Shown one piece after another: positions 1 to 10,060 of a DNA stretch of 64,000 nt. Positions within the stretch are counted from its first letter, which is position 1, and the number at the start of each line of letters is the position of its first letter. The translations under genes and the position numbers were made by a program. This stretch comes from a bacterium (GTDB lineage Bacteria > Ratteibacteria > UBA8468 > B48-G9 > DSTR01): contig JAKPFT010000087.1 of the NCBI GenBank assembly GCA_029551285.1, positions 168-64,167 on the forward strand. The letters are read 5' to 3'. A model generated the notes under the pieces. The model had not been told where the DNA came from. It saw only the letters and a program-made list of their open reading frames with translations, and searched no databases.

Positions 1-39
1 GGCACCCAGGTCAATGCCCAGGAACATTGTTTCAGCCAT
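1..39 (-). CDS. 5' end of a probable FGGY-family carbohydrate kinase (rhamnulokinase-like), truncated by window edge
   Basis: Hand translation from ATG at 39 gives MAETMFLGIDLGA, an ASKHA phosphate-1 motif (xxGIDLG). Only 13 codons are visible. Confidence 0.55.
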   Translation of the reverse strand, partial: MAETMFLGIDLGA

Positions 40-47
40 ATACCATT

Positions 48-75
48 ATTTTAAGGAAAAAGGTTGTCTCGTCAA
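48..75 (-). promoter_or_regulatory. Putative sigma70 promoter (TTGACG-16-TAAAAT), near-leaderless
   Basis: Consensus-like boxes; the -10 box ends 8 nt before the ATG at 39. Confidence 0.45.
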
Positions 76-140
76 ATCGTCTTGTGGTTTTCTTCCGGTA
101 ACTAAAGGAAGCATGGTAGAATTTAACCGGAGCTGTCACT

Positions 141-1262
141 ATGACCGGAGCAAACAGAAACTTAAAACAATTAGCCAGACAGTGTCAACAGAAGAACTGG
201 CCGGAGAATTTTTCTGATCTGGTGCAGGAATGTGTTGGTATTGACCTTGCCTGTTTTTACGGGAAAAGACACTTGAAGCATCCAGTTCTGGTGGCACCGG
301 GACAGCTGACAGTTCAGGCCAGCCAGGTAGTGAAGATTAAGGAAAGCGGTTATGCTGGCTGTATCCTGAAGTCGGCGGTTGGCGAAGAAGAAAATGGCTA
401 CTGCAGCATGGTTTTCCAGCGGAAGAAAGCAAGCTGGATTAAGACTGTGTACGACGAAGAAGACCTTTGCGGTCGGGAGCCTATTATCCACTGGGATGGT
501 CGGGCCGATACCAGAAATCTGGACCAGTATCTGCTTTTTGCCCGGAAGGCCAGAAGTCTTGATGACCAGGGGTTTTTTGTCGGCGGCTCCTTGCTCTGTC
601 ACCTTCCTGGTCCTGACGAGGAGTTTCATGAAAAAGAATGGAGGTTTACAGTGGGAAAACTCCAGGAAATCGGTTTTGACACCCTGGAGATTGATTTCTG
701 CCCGACCCTGGAGAAAGAAAGCGCGCTGGTGGAGAAAGCCAATATTCTGCGCTGGTATCGCACTGTCCCTGCTCTGGTGAAAAGTGTTGACCCCGGAATA
801 GCCGTCTTCCCGAAGATGCTTAATCTGCGGTGGGGCCTGGATTTTCAACTGGAAATGGCTTCCGCTGCGGTGCAGGGCGGTGCTGACGGATTGGTGGTGG
901 CTAACCGGATTTACCTGTCTGAACTTGGTTGTACCCACGGCGGCCGGATGCTTCGTCAGCAGAATCTTCTTCAGGTTAGAGAAATTCATCGTGCTTTTCC
1001 CCGTCTTCCCATTTCCGCTACCGGTGGTATTTACTCGGGGCGACATATGGCCGGGTATCTTCAGGCAGGTGCTCAAAACATTCAGTTGCTCAGTTATCTG
1101 ATGGGTCGGGTGAAAGCACCCTTCCTGCTGAAGAACGGGTATAAGTTTCAACAGGTTCTTTTTGAACTATTCTTCCATCCGGAGGACGGACTAATACCCC
1201 TGATGATGGAAAATGGCTGTCAGAATATCTGGCAGCTGCGGGAAGTCAGGTTATTGGTTTAG
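141..1262 (+). CDS. Dihydroorotate dehydrogenase-like FMN TIM-barrel protein (divergent)
   Basis: PVLVAPG, EIDFCP (cf. ELNxSCP), VFPKM, VVANR and ISATGGIYSG..AGAQNIQL motifs; GGAG RBS upstream. Confidence 0.6.
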   Translation: MTGANRNLKQLARQCQQKNWPENFSDLVQECVGIDLACFYGKRHLKHPVLVAPGQLTVQASQVVKIKESGYAGCILKSAVGEEENGYCSMVFQRKKASWIKTVYDEEDLCGREPIIHWDGRADTRNLDQYLLFARKARSLDDQGFFVGGSLLCHLPGPDEEFHEKEWRFTVGKLQEIGFDTLEIDFCPTLEKESALVEKANILRWYRTVPALVKSVDPGIAVFPKMLNLRWGLDFQLEMASAAVQGGADGLVVANRIYLSELGCTHGGRMLRQQNLLQVREIHRAFPRLPISATGGIYSGRHMAGYLQAGAQNIQLLSYLMGRVKAPFLLKNGYKFQQVLFELFFHPEDGLIPLMMENGCQNIWQLREVRLLV

Positions 1263-1863
1263 AAAGACTGTTTTCCTCCGCCAGCAGTCTGGCCGCAATT
1301 TCCTCGCACAGCACAACCACATCTTCTGTATCCAGGAACTTTTCAATTTCGCCATTGAAGAGAACCTTCAAATCAGCCGGGAATTCTTCGTCAGCCGGGT
1401 AGAAGAGAAAAAACAGTTTCACCGCTGGCAAAACAGATATTTGGATACCCGAAGGGGCCAGGTTAGTTTTCTGGCCGCCCCAGAAGAAGGCCTTTCTTTG
1501 CAGTACATCCGGTTGGGCCTGAAAGGCCGTGAGCAACGGTTTAATTACCCGGTCCACAAAGGAGGGATAGTAAATATTGCCTGCATTCATTTCCTTGAAA
1601 CTGATCAGTTGCCCCTGGTAACGACTACTGCGACTGTCAATCAGATAATGGACGATAACAATTTTTTCTCTCAGGGATAACCAGTCAGCCCCGGGAAAGT
1701 TGCCTTGAGAGAGAGATAACTGGCATGTTCGTCCAAGGTAGGGAAGAGTTAACAGGCCAGTTGGCTCGTCCCAGACGGCGCCGGTCCGGCCGGCAATAAC
1801 GGCCGGCGCTATTTTCTGTAGCTGGTGCCAGCCGAGGGATAAGGCCTCCTGAAGTTTCTCCAT
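1246..1863 (-). CDS. DUF3786 family protein (acs-cluster associated)
   Basis: IVIVHYL..ISFKEM..G..Y..F..R, ADEEFPA..LF and LDTEDVV pattern; last gene of the acs operon. Confidence 0.75.
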   Translation of the reverse strand: MEKLQEALSLGWHQLQKIAPAVIAGRTGAVWDEPTGLLTLPYLGRTCQLSLSQGNFPGADWLSLREKIVIVHYLIDSRSSRYQGQLISFKEMNAGNIYYPSFVDRVIKPLLTAFQAQPDVLQRKAFFWGGQKTNLAPSGIQISVLPAVKLFFLFYPADEEFPADLKVLFNGEIEKFLDTEDVVVLCEEIAARLLAEENSLSKPIT

Positions 1864-1864
1864 G

Positions 1865-2740
1865 CTACACCTTCAGCCAGGAATGCGAGTAGATGGAACG
1901 GCCGGAAAGCACTTCGGCTGTTTTGGTGAATCTTCTTTTTTCTTCAGTAAGCGTAGCCGCGTCAAGTTGGCCTGTCAGACTCTCCTTTATCGTCCGGTTA
2001 ACTTCTGGTCGCTGACCGCGGGCCAGCGCTACCAGTTCGCTATCCAGAGCGTCAACGATGGCACTGTCCAGTCCGCAATCCATTAACATGGCCAGGTAGG
2101 TTTGATTCACCAGGGGCCGCAAGGAGTCCGGAACCCCATTGGAGACATTGGAAAGTCCGCAGGTGGACTTAAAGTCAGGCAAGATTTCCTTCAGCATCCG
2201 CATAAATTCCATCACGGCTACCACCTGGTCCTGCTGAAAAGCCACCGGCAAGACAATCGGGTCAAAATAAACATACTCGTGAGGCAGGCCAGCCTGGTCT
2301 ACCCAGGCAGCCATCTCCGCAGCCAGCGCACCCCGTTCGTTAGCGTCGCGAGGCATACCTTCTTTCCCCAGGAGCAGAGCAATGAAGCGGCAACGATATT
2401 TCTGCACCAGAGGAAAAAGCTGCTCCACCCGTTCCGCGGTGGCCTGAATGGAGTTAATCAGAGCGCGACTGCCTTCCATTTCCAGTCCTGTTCTGAGAGC
2501 TTCCGTATTGGTGGTGTCCAGCGAAAGGGGCAGGCTGGAAACTTCCCTCACAGTGGTAATGAGCCATTCCATTAATTTGGGCCCGTCTTTTCTGGCCGGT
2601 CCGATGTTCAAGTCAAGATAGTCCACCCCTGCCTGCTGGCTTAACACTACCAGTTGCTGTATCGGCTCTTTCCTCCTTTCTTTCATGGCGGCTGACAACT
2701 TCTTGTTCATAACATTGAGGTTTTCACCGATGAGCATCAT
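1865..2740 (-). CDS. acsE: Methyltetrahydrofolate:corrinoid/Fe-S protein methyltransferase
   Basis: Pterin-binding motifs LIGENLN, DLNIG, LSLDTTN, INS, DP and GLSNVS; operon context. Confidence 0.93.
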   Translation of the reverse strand: MMLIGENLNVMNKKLSAAMKERRKEPIQQLVVLSQQAGVDYLDLNIGPARKDGPKLMEWLITTVREVSSLPLSLDTTNTEALRTGLEMEGSRALINSIQATAERVEQLFPLVQKYRCRFIALLLGKEGMPRDANERGALAAEMAAWVDQAGLPHEYVYFDPIVLPVAFQQDQVVAVMEFMRMLKEILPDFKSTCGLSNVSNGVPDSLRPLVNQTYLAMLMDCGLDSAIVDALDSELVALARGQRPEVNRTIKESLTGQLDAATLTEEKRRFTKTAEVLSGRSIYSHSWLKV

Positions 2741-2768
2741 CTTGGCCTCCGGTCCTGAATATTCTCAG

Positions 2769-4109
2769 TTACTCTGCTTTCCAGTTCTTCAGAAAAACGG
2801 GGATGTAACTGGCTTCTCTCGGACCAAGAAGGATCTTCCAGCCAGGCAGTTCTTCCTCCAGTTCTCCCACCATACCGGCAACGACCCCTGGCAAAATGAG
2901 GGTTCGGTGGGCGATTTTTTCTTCCAAATGCGTCTGCTTAACCAGTTCGGCAATCTTTTCCGCATTAAACTTGTCCGCCGCCCACGCCGTCAGCACAGAC
3001 AATCCTTCAGCATCCTGGACCAGAAGGTAGGCCGGAACCCGAGAATTTTCAATTTCGCCGGAAACGACAAAATAGGTCAGGGAGAAGTTGGTGGTCACCA
3101 GTACGGGTGAGGATGGCCCCGGTTGACCGATTTCATAAAGGCCCTGAGGAGTGGCCATCGGTCGTTGAGGGTCGGTGAAGATATTAAGCCGTTCCAGGAG
3201 TAAGGGGAAAAGGATTTCTCCCTTTAACTCCGGGAGCACTACCAGGCTGGCATATTTGGCGATGGCTAAACAGGCGTGAAGAGCCTGTCTCAGCGGGTCC
3301 TGAGTGAGCGTGCCGGGCATGGTCAGGACCGGATAACCAAGTTCTTTAATGTGTCCCAGGATGGCCCCGCGGCGAATAGTTACCAGTTTCTCCAGCAGTT
3401 CCCTTCCCGAGGAGACTTCCGGATAAAGAACCAGGTCTGCCAGTCCAGGTCCAGAAAGTTTGCCTGCCAGTTCCACCAGTGTTTCAAGAGAAGCCCCGCG
3501 GACAACAAGCGGTAGGGAAAACTCTCTGGCCAGATTACCCATTTGCTCCCAGTTGGTGCTGTCAGCAGCGAAAAGTAGGGGTCGGCTCTGCAGACAACCT
3601 TTAACTGCTTCTCTCAATCTGGCGACTTCCTGACTCATGAGGAGCAGACATTTTCCGGTGGCGCAGGCTTTTTCCACCAGAGAGGAAAATCGGCCCTGCC
3701 CGGTGTCTTCAACGGCAATCAACTCCGCCTGCAGTTTTAAACCGACGCGTTCGTAGGAGAGACGGCCAATGTCAGCCAGTCTGGTAGTTATTTCCTCATC
3801 AGACATTCTCTCCGAGATCAGCACCCCGAGGGCTGGTGGATTGTAGAATGTTTTTTCGTGACGAAAGAGGACCGTTTCCCCTCCAAGTTTGATCTGGTTG
3901 TCTCCAGTGCCCACAGTGACCGTCCGGATGGGCGGGGCTGAGGCTTGAGCCAGCTGATTTTTCCCTTCTTCGCTGAGATGGGGACACCTAACTAATTCTG
4001 TTTTTCCCAGAGCCAGTTGCATGGCAAAGGCCAGACAGGTGGGGAAACCACACTCTTTGCAATTGGTTTTGGGCAGGTACTTGAAAATGTCCAGCGGTTT
4101 CAGAGCCAT
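2769..4109 (-). CDS. acsC: Corrinoid Fe-S protein large (gamma) subunit
   Basis: LPKTNCKECGFPTCLAFA Fe-S motif; FRHEKTF; NIFTDPQRP; TTNFSLTYF; GPREAS. Confidence 0.97.
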   Translation of the reverse strand: MALKPLDIFKYLPKTNCKECGFPTCLAFAMQLALGKTELVRCPHLSEEGKNQLAQASAPPIRTVTVGTGDNQIKLGGETVLFRHEKTFYNPPALGVLISERMSDEEITTRLADIGRLSYERVGLKLQAELIAVEDTGQGRFSSLVEKACATGKCLLLMSQEVARLREAVKGCLQSRPLLFAADSTNWEQMGNLAREFSLPLVVRGASLETLVELAGKLSGPGLADLVLYPEVSSGRELLEKLVTIRRGAILGHIKELGYPVLTMPGTLTQDPLRQALHACLAIAKYASLVVLPELKGEILFPLLLERLNIFTDPQRPMATPQGLYEIGQPGPSSPVLVTTNFSLTYFVVSGEIENSRVPAYLLVQDAEGLSVLTAWAADKFNAEKIAELVKQTHLEEKIAHRTLILPGVVAGMVGELEEELPGWKILLGPREASYIPVFLKNWKAE

Positions 4110-4136
4110 GAGCCACTCCTTGAAAGTGAGCCGGCG

Positions 4137-6341
4137 TTACATAATCGGTTCCATTTCCAGAGCCGGATGTTTCTTTTCCTGGAGGAATGGTAAAATCGCT
4201 TCTTCCGTGACACCCACCGTTTCATCGGCAATTTTCTCAGGAAGGTCCGGAAGGCCGATTTCCGCCGCCCGTTTTTTTAACCGGTCCATGATCTCTTCCT
4301 TCAAGGCCTTTGGCATCCAGACCAGCCTTCTTATTCCTCCCTCAGCAGCCAGGTACTTACTCTGGGTAATGTTGAACTTGGAATGACCCAGGAATCCGGG
4401 TGTCTGCCGGCCACCGCCGATTGTTCCCGCCAGGGTAGTAAACTTCATGCCGCAGGGCGTTTCGCCTTTATAGTCGCGGTGTACCGTCATGATGCCGTTG
4501 CACATCGGCAGAACCACCGCCACACATTCACAGCAACCACAGGTGGTCATGGGGTCTACCATTAAACTGTAGATACTGACTTTTTCAATAGCGCCCCGGC
4601 TGGCCTGTCGCACAAAATTATTACAGCCTTCAAACTGGCCAAGTTTTTGATTCAAGACTGCACCCTTTTTCACCGGCTGGTTCGGCCCTTTGGGATTAAT
4701 TCTATTAGAACCTCTGCAGTCAAGCCAGGAGAAAGCTCCACACAGACCCGTCCGCTCCGGGGTAACGATGCAGACATGGGTAGGAGCGAAGGACTGACAT
4801 AAGGTGCAGGAATAAAAGGTATCCACCTCTTCGTCAGTCATCCCGGCCAGTCTTTCATCTCTCTTTGTCCAGACAGCCCTCGCCTGTTGAACCAGTTGCT
4901 TAACCGCGGCCTCTTCGGTGTAGATTTTCACCTGCACCTTGTCCAGGATATTGGCGAAAACTTCATGATACTTGGCATGGAGAACAACCCCCAGGTGTTT
5001 CAACAGGAGCCCTTTCTCTCTGGCTTTCTTGCTAATTCTCAGCCAGACAATGTCACGCTGGCCGATATGCATGACCCCGTTGATGTAGTTGAGATAATCG
5101 TGAATGTGACGTTCCAGGATTGGTTCAAAGTCCTCCTGCATTTCCCGTCCGGCCACCTGAACCAGGGTGGCCAGAGGTATCTGGCTTCCTTCGGGTAAGC
5201 TGTCCAGGTCAGGGCCAATGACTTCTATCCGGCCATCTTCCACCTGGTTCAACGGAAGAGAACTCGTCCATTCGCAGGCCAGAGTTTTTGTGCCCCCGGC
5301 TTCCACAAAAAGGTCCTCTTTTCTGATTCTTTCCCCCTCAAAGGCTGGTCCATAGGGAACCGGAATGGGAATTTTACTTACCGTAACTTTTAATCCCCGA
5401 ACCTCAACAGCCCTGGCCACAATCTGGTCATGGGGGACACCGGAAACCACGTGTTCATATGTACACACTCCGGTAGGAAGAATCTGAGGTATATCTGAGT
5501 CAGCGATGGTGGGAAAACCGAAATTGATGGCACCGGCAGCATTAGCGTACCAGCGGTCGGTAACCTCACCCAGGGCGATGACAAAGGCGAAAATCCGGTC
5601 CTTGTTATAGATGAGGATTTTCCGGTACTCGCCGGGCTGGATACCCCCAAAACTCATAGCGGCCCTGACCGCAAACCCAAGAGCAAAGACGGCCTGGGAG
5701 ATATCCGGGCCGAAAGGAACCAATCTTACTGGCCAGCCTAACTGCATCCCCGCGGCCTTAAGCTGTTCGGCAAACGTGGTACCCTGATGGCCAGCGCACA
5801 TGAAGACATAGAGATTTTTTTCCTGAAGTTCCTGAGCAATTCTGGCCGCTATTTTTTCTTCCGGCGCAGCTCCAACGATTGCGGCAAACCCGGGAGCCGT
5901 GCCATCGACAAATTCAATTCCCCGTTTTCTCAGGATGATATCGCTGGCCGCACCCAGCCAGAGTTTGCCCTCCGGCGCCTCTTCTTCCGGGGAATAAAAG
6001 TCAGGGTGCTCAAGGTAGGTAATTGCTTCAGCCATCTCTTCGGCAAAAAGGGTCGCCATTCCGGCATCAAGCACCGGCCCCAGGTATGGCAGATGGACTT
6101 TCTGGTAGACCGGTTCCGGAAGAAGCCTTTCACAGATAGCGAAAACTTTTTCCATATCGGCCAGTTTCCTCACCGGAAGGCCTGACAGCCCATAAATGAT
6201 GGGCAGGTAATAAGCAGTTTCCGGAAAACCAACCTCTGCGCCTGAGCCGTGTTTGTCCATAGCCTGTTGCCATTTTTTCCTGGCTTCGGAAACAATCTCG
6301 TGAGCCCCTCTGATAGCCGCAGCGGCGATAATTTTGGACAT
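4137..6341 (-). CDS. acsB: Acetyl-CoA synthase, bacterial-type with N-terminal domain
   Basis: FPETAYYLP; A-cluster ligands CTLCQSFAPTHVC, GLCG and MTTCGCCEC. Confidence 0.97.
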   Translation of the reverse strand: MSKIIAAAAIRGAHEIVSEARKKWQQAMDKHGSGAEVGFPETAYYLPIIYGLSGLPVRKLADMEKVFAICERLLPEPVYQKVHLPYLGPVLDAGMATLFAEEMAEAITYLEHPDFYSPEEEAPEGKLWLGAASDIILRKRGIEFVDGTAPGFAAIVGAAPEEKIAARIAQELQEKNLYVFMCAGHQGTTFAEQLKAAGMQLGWPVRLVPFGPDISQAVFALGFAVRAAMSFGGIQPGEYRKILIYNKDRIFAFVIALGEVTDRWYANAAGAINFGFPTIADSDIPQILPTGVCTYEHVVSGVPHDQIVARAVEVRGLKVTVSKIPIPVPYGPAFEGERIRKEDLFVEAGGTKTLACEWTSSLPLNQVEDGRIEVIGPDLDSLPEGSQIPLATLVQVAGREMQEDFEPILERHIHDYLNYINGVMHIGQRDIVWLRISKKAREKGLLLKHLGVVLHAKYHEVFANILDKVQVKIYTEEAAVKQLVQQARAVWTKRDERLAGMTDEEVDTFYSCTLCQSFAPTHVCIVTPERTGLCGAFSWLDCRGSNRINPKGPNQPVKKGAVLNQKLGQFEGCNNFVRQASRGAIEKVSIYSLMVDPMTTCGCCECVAVVLPMCNGIMTVHRDYKGETPCGMKFTTLAGTIGGGRQTPGFLGHSKFNITQSKYLAAEGGIRRLVWMPKALKEEIMDRLKKRAAEIGLPDLPEKIADETVGVTEEAILPFLQEKKHPALEMEPIM

Positions 6342-6384
6342 TGGTGAACTCCTTTTGCCATACTAATTCTGCCGGGGAAATATC

Positions 6385-8292
6385 TCAGAGTTCGCGCCTC
6401 ATAGCCATGTCAAAAAGGATTCTTTCCCTGGCTTTATCAATCCCTAATTTTTTTCTTTGTTTATCAATATGGGCCAGCATCAAACCGGCCATCTTTTTTG
6501 GGTCCGGCTCAAAGGCCCATCTTCCTCCCAGTTCGTTCTCCACCTCGTGAAACAGGTAATGCGTCAGGTTTCTGCCTCCCAGAACAGGAAAGGTGACTCC
6601 AAAAACAGTAAAAACTCCGGAAGCCACAAAATACTGTCCGATGCTGATGGCTTTTTCACTCATCCATTCGGGAGCCGCACCGGCGACGGGCAGGTCAGAA
6701 AGGTCATCTCCCAGTCCCCCTTCTCTGACCACCGCTGCCGCAGCCACCAGAATCCGGGAATTATCCACACAGGAGCCCAGATGGAGTACCGGTGGGATGC
6801 CGACGGCTTCACAGACCTCGCGCAATCCCTGGCCGCAGTAGTCAAGGCCTTTCACCGGGTCAAGCAGGCCGGCTCTGGCTGAGGCAATCGCCGAGCAACC
6901 TGTCTGGAGAACAAGAACGTCGTTGTGAACCAATTCTTTGACCACCGTAAGGTGGCCGCTATCGTGTTCTACCTTACAATTATTGCAGCCAACCACCCCG
7001 GCCACCCCTCTGATGCGTCCCCCGATGATGTTATCGTTCAATGGTCGGTATGAGGACCGAAACATTCCGCCAAGAAGATACGCGATGGTCTCGTGAGAAA
7101 ATCCGGCAACCAGGTCAACCTCTTCACCAGGCAGGTCAACCGGTTTGCCTTTTCTCTGACCAAAGTTTTCAATAGCCTGCCGCACAAGTTCCCGGGCTTT
7201 CTCCAGGGCTGTTTCCTCGGTAAATTGAACATGGACAGCGCCAGGGATCCTGGCTTTGTCTGAGGTCGTCACAATTTTCGTGTGATAACAGGCAGCAATC
7301 GCGGGCAAAGACTGCATGATGCACTGGATATCAACCGCCATTAAGTCAACGGCACCGGTGGTGATGGCTGTCTCCTGATTGAGAAAGTTGCCCATAAGAG
7401 GAATGCCGTGCCGCATGAGAATTTCGTTGGCGGTGCAGCAAATTCCGGCGATGTTGATACCCCGGGCTCCTTTCTCCCTGGCCTTTTGAATGAGGTCGGG
7501 TTCTTCCGCTGCGACTACAATCATTTCTGAAAGAAGGGGTTCGTGTCCGTGGACGATGATGTTGACGGTATCCTTCTTCAAAACCTGGAAGTTGACCTGG
7601 CTGACCATCGGCTGGGGAATACCAAAGAGTACATCCTGCAGCTCCGTGGCGATCATGGAACCACCCCAGCCATCACTTAAGGCACAGCGGCTGGCCTGAG
7701 ACATAAGACTGTGGTATTCCTGGTCAGTTCCCATGTGGGTACGGTGAAGGGCTTCCACCACTTCCCGGTCAATCCCGCGTGGTACTATCCCCAGTTTTTT
7801 CCACAGGTCATATCTTTTAAGCGGTGCGCGCCTCAGGAAAAAAAGTTCGCCTTCCTGCTGACCAAACTGATTTTGCGCCCACTGACCAACCTTGAGAGCC
7901 AATTCTTCCACAGTAAGATTTTTCGGCTCCAGACCAAGTTCCAGTGCCAGTTTAACCAGCTTATACTCATCGCGGATCTGGTACCCGGGGGCTTCCTTCC
8001 TGGCAACTTTAATTAGTGTTTCGGCCACCGCGCGGCCGTGGTCAGAATGAGCGGAAGCACCAACCGCCACCATCCGGAGAAAATTTCTTGCAGTAATGGT
8101 ATCAGCATCGGCACCGCAGACACCTAACTGGGGACCTTCACCAAAAGGGTCAATACGACACGGCCCCATCGCACAGTTGCGACAGCAAATACCTAACTGG
8201 CCGAACCCGCACTGAGGTTGTTGTCTGGCCAGTCTTTCCCAGCATAGTTCCAGTTCTGCTGAGCCGGCCGGTGATGGAAACTGGTTATCCAT
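6385..8292 (-). CDS. cooS: Ni,Fe carbon monoxide dehydrogenase catalytic subunit (AcsA/CooS)
   Basis: CGFGxxGICCRNCAMGPC (D/B clusters), HSDH, C-cluster ligands GHEP, CCT, DIQC, GC, GCS and GSCVD, plus SEKA lysine. Confidence 0.97.
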   Translation of the reverse strand: MDNQFPSPAGSAELELCWERLARQQPQCGFGQLGICCRNCAMGPCRIDPFGEGPQLGVCGADADTITARNFLRMVAVGASAHSDHGRAVAETLIKVARKEAPGYQIRDEYKLVKLALELGLEPKNLTVEELALKVGQWAQNQFGQQEGELFFLRRAPLKRYDLWKKLGIVPRGIDREVVEALHRTHMGTDQEYHSLMSQASRCALSDGWGGSMIATELQDVLFGIPQPMVSQVNFQVLKKDTVNIIVHGHEPLLSEMIVVAAEEPDLIQKAREKGARGINIAGICCTANEILMRHGIPLMGNFLNQETAITTGAVDLMAVDIQCIMQSLPAIAACYHTKIVTTSDKARIPGAVHVQFTEETALEKARELVRQAIENFGQRKGKPVDLPGEEVDLVAGFSHETIAYLLGGMFRSSYRPLNDNIIGGRIRGVAGVVGCNNCKVEHDSGHLTVVKELVHNDVLVLQTGCSAIASARAGLLDPVKGLDYCGQGLREVCEAVGIPPVLHLGSCVDNSRILVAAAAVVREGGLGDDLSDLPVAGAAPEWMSEKAISIGQYFVASGVFTVFGVTFPVLGGRNLTHYLFHEVENELGGRWAFEPDPKKMAGLMLAHIDKQRKKLGIDKARERILFDMAMRREL

Positions 8293-8301
8293 GTTAACCT
8301 C

Positions 8302-9594
8302 CTAAGAAAAGAAAATCTGCTGCCCCTCAGGGGAAACTGATTCTCTGAAACCCGTATCTTTCTCTAACTTTTCTCTGAGATAGCCGTAGTCAAAGTAACT
8401 CTTGCCAAGGAAATTCTTGTAGTTTTTAAGGTCAATTCCAGCCCGGATGACAGCCGTATAAAAGCCAGCCTGTTGAGGGTCACCGCCAACCATAACAAAA
8501 CCGACCAGCCGGTTTTTCCGCAGAATGAAACGCTGGTAGTTCCAGCTTTTTCTGTCCTGTTTTTCCCTGATTTCGTCACTTTTTTCTGGCCGCAGGATAC
8601 CGGCGGAAACCAGCGGCAGCCCGAAAAATTCCGTGGCATTCGCCGGGAAGGAGCCGGGATATTTCCGGCGCGCCCCGGCCATATTTAAACCAGCCAGTCT
8701 TCCCTGTTCCTGGGCGGTTAGCCACAGGCCGTTAACAGTGGACTCACCGGTAATCATATCCCTGGTTTCGGCCACATCACCAGCGGCAAACACATCAGGG
8801 CAACCGGTCTGAAGAAAGTCATCAACGACAATACCATAACGACATTCCGTGCCGGCCTCCTTTCCCAGTTCCTTGTTGGGAAAAACTCCCTTTCCGACAA
8901 TGGCCAGGCCGGTTTCCATCTTTTCGCCGTTGTCCAGTTTTACGCCAGACAGTTCCTGCTCACCCAGCATTTCCACTGGCGCCAGGCCGGTTCTGATGAT
9001 AAGTCCGTTTGCCTGCAGGCAATCAGCCACTATCTCAGCAGCCTCCGGGTTGACCAGCTGGGAAAGGAGATGGTGTGATTTGACAATGATTTGAACCTTT
9101 AGACCCCTTTTCTTAAGAGCCGTAGCCGCCTTCAGTCCGATTAATCCACCACCAAAAATTACTGCCTGTTTACATTTCTCAGCCCGGGCGAGAATTCCCT
9201 GGGCATCAGTCAAAGTCCAGAAGTGATAAATTCCTTCTATTTGCTCTCCGGCCACCCCCAGGTTTCTGGGAAGGGAACCGGTCGCCACCAGCAGCCGGTC
9301 GTAACGCAGTTGTTTCCCGGAAGCGGTTTGCACCCTTTTCTCCCCGGGGATGATTCGGGTGACGCGTTCACCTAACAGAAGCGCCACCCGGTTTTTACGA
9401 AAATAATTCTCATCCTTGAGACAGAGGTCCTTTTTTGAGTGGGTTCCGGCGAGGTAATTGGTGATTAAACACCGGGCGTAAGGCAGGTACGGTTCTGCGG
9501 AGACCAGGGTAATCTCACCCTGCTGGTCCTCTTCGCGGATACCTTCAATGGCGTTCAGGCCAGCGGCACAGCCGCCGACAATCAGGTAATGCAC
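8302..9594 (-). CDS. FAD-dependent NAD(P)H oxidoreductase (pyridine nucleotide-disulfide family, FNOR-like)
   Basis: GGCAAG, ATGS, GGGLIG and FAAGDVA motifs. Confidence 0.9.
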   Translation of the reverse strand: MHYLIVGGCAAGLNAIEGIREEDQQGEITLVSAEPYLPYARCLITNYLAGTHSKKDLCLKDENYFRKNRVALLLGERVTRIIPGEKRVQTASGKQLRYDRLLVATGSLPRNLGVAGEQIEGIYHFWTLTDAQGILARAEKCKQAVIFGGGLIGLKAATALKKRGLKVQIIVKSHHLLSQLVNPEAAEIVADCLQANGLIIRTGLAPVEMLGEQELSGVKLDNGEKMETGLAIVGKGVFPNKELGKEAGTECRYGIVVDDFLQTGCPDVFAAGDVAETRDMITGESTVNGLWLTAQEQGRLAGLNMAGARRKYPGSFPANATEFFGLPLVSAGILRPEKSDEIREKQDRKSWNYQRFILRKNRLVGFVMVGGDPQQAGFYTAVIRAGIDLKNYKNFLGKSYFDYGYLREKLEKDTGFRESVSPEGQQIFFS

Positions 9595-10058
9595 CGGCTT
9601 CTCCTTTTCTTTTTCACTTCCTCAAACTCACTTGCCTGGCCGAAGAACAGTGCTTTGGTGGGGCAACTACTAACACACGGCGGCACTTCCTCATCCTGAC
9701 ACAACTCGCATTTTACCGCCACTGGATTTTCTCGGTCCATAGCAATAACCCCGTAGGGACAGACCATCAGACAGGAATAACAGTGAACACATCTGTCCCG
9801 GTTGATGACCGGAACTTCGTCTTTCCTGGTAATGGCTCCGGAGATGCAGGCTGAGAGGCAGTAAGGCTCGGGGCATTGACGGCATTGAAGAACCAGGGAC
9901 TTATCTGCCTGTCTGGTCACCCTGATTCTGGGTACCGGACCCGGTTTTTCCAGGATTGCCTCCGGCAGGTATTTGGTGCGCGAATGTTTCAGCCAGCAGG
10001 CCAGTAAACAACTGCGGCAGGCCAGGCATCTTTCCTGGTCAAAAAAAATTCTCTTCAT
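9582..10058 (-). CDS. cooF: CooF-like 4x[4Fe-4S] electron transfer protein
   Basis: CLACRSCLLAC, CRQCPEPYCLSAC, CVHCYSCLMVCP and KCELC..PPCVSSCP; next to cooS. Confidence 0.8.
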   Translation of the reverse strand: MKRIFFDQERCLACRSCLLACWLKHSRTKYLPEAILEKPGPVPRIRVTRQADKSLVLQCRQCPEPYCLSACISGAITRKDEVPVINRDRCVHCYSCLMVCPYGVIAMDRENPVAVKCELCQDEEVPPCVSSCPTKALFFGQASEFEEVKKKRRSRCIT

Positions 10059-10060
10059 GG

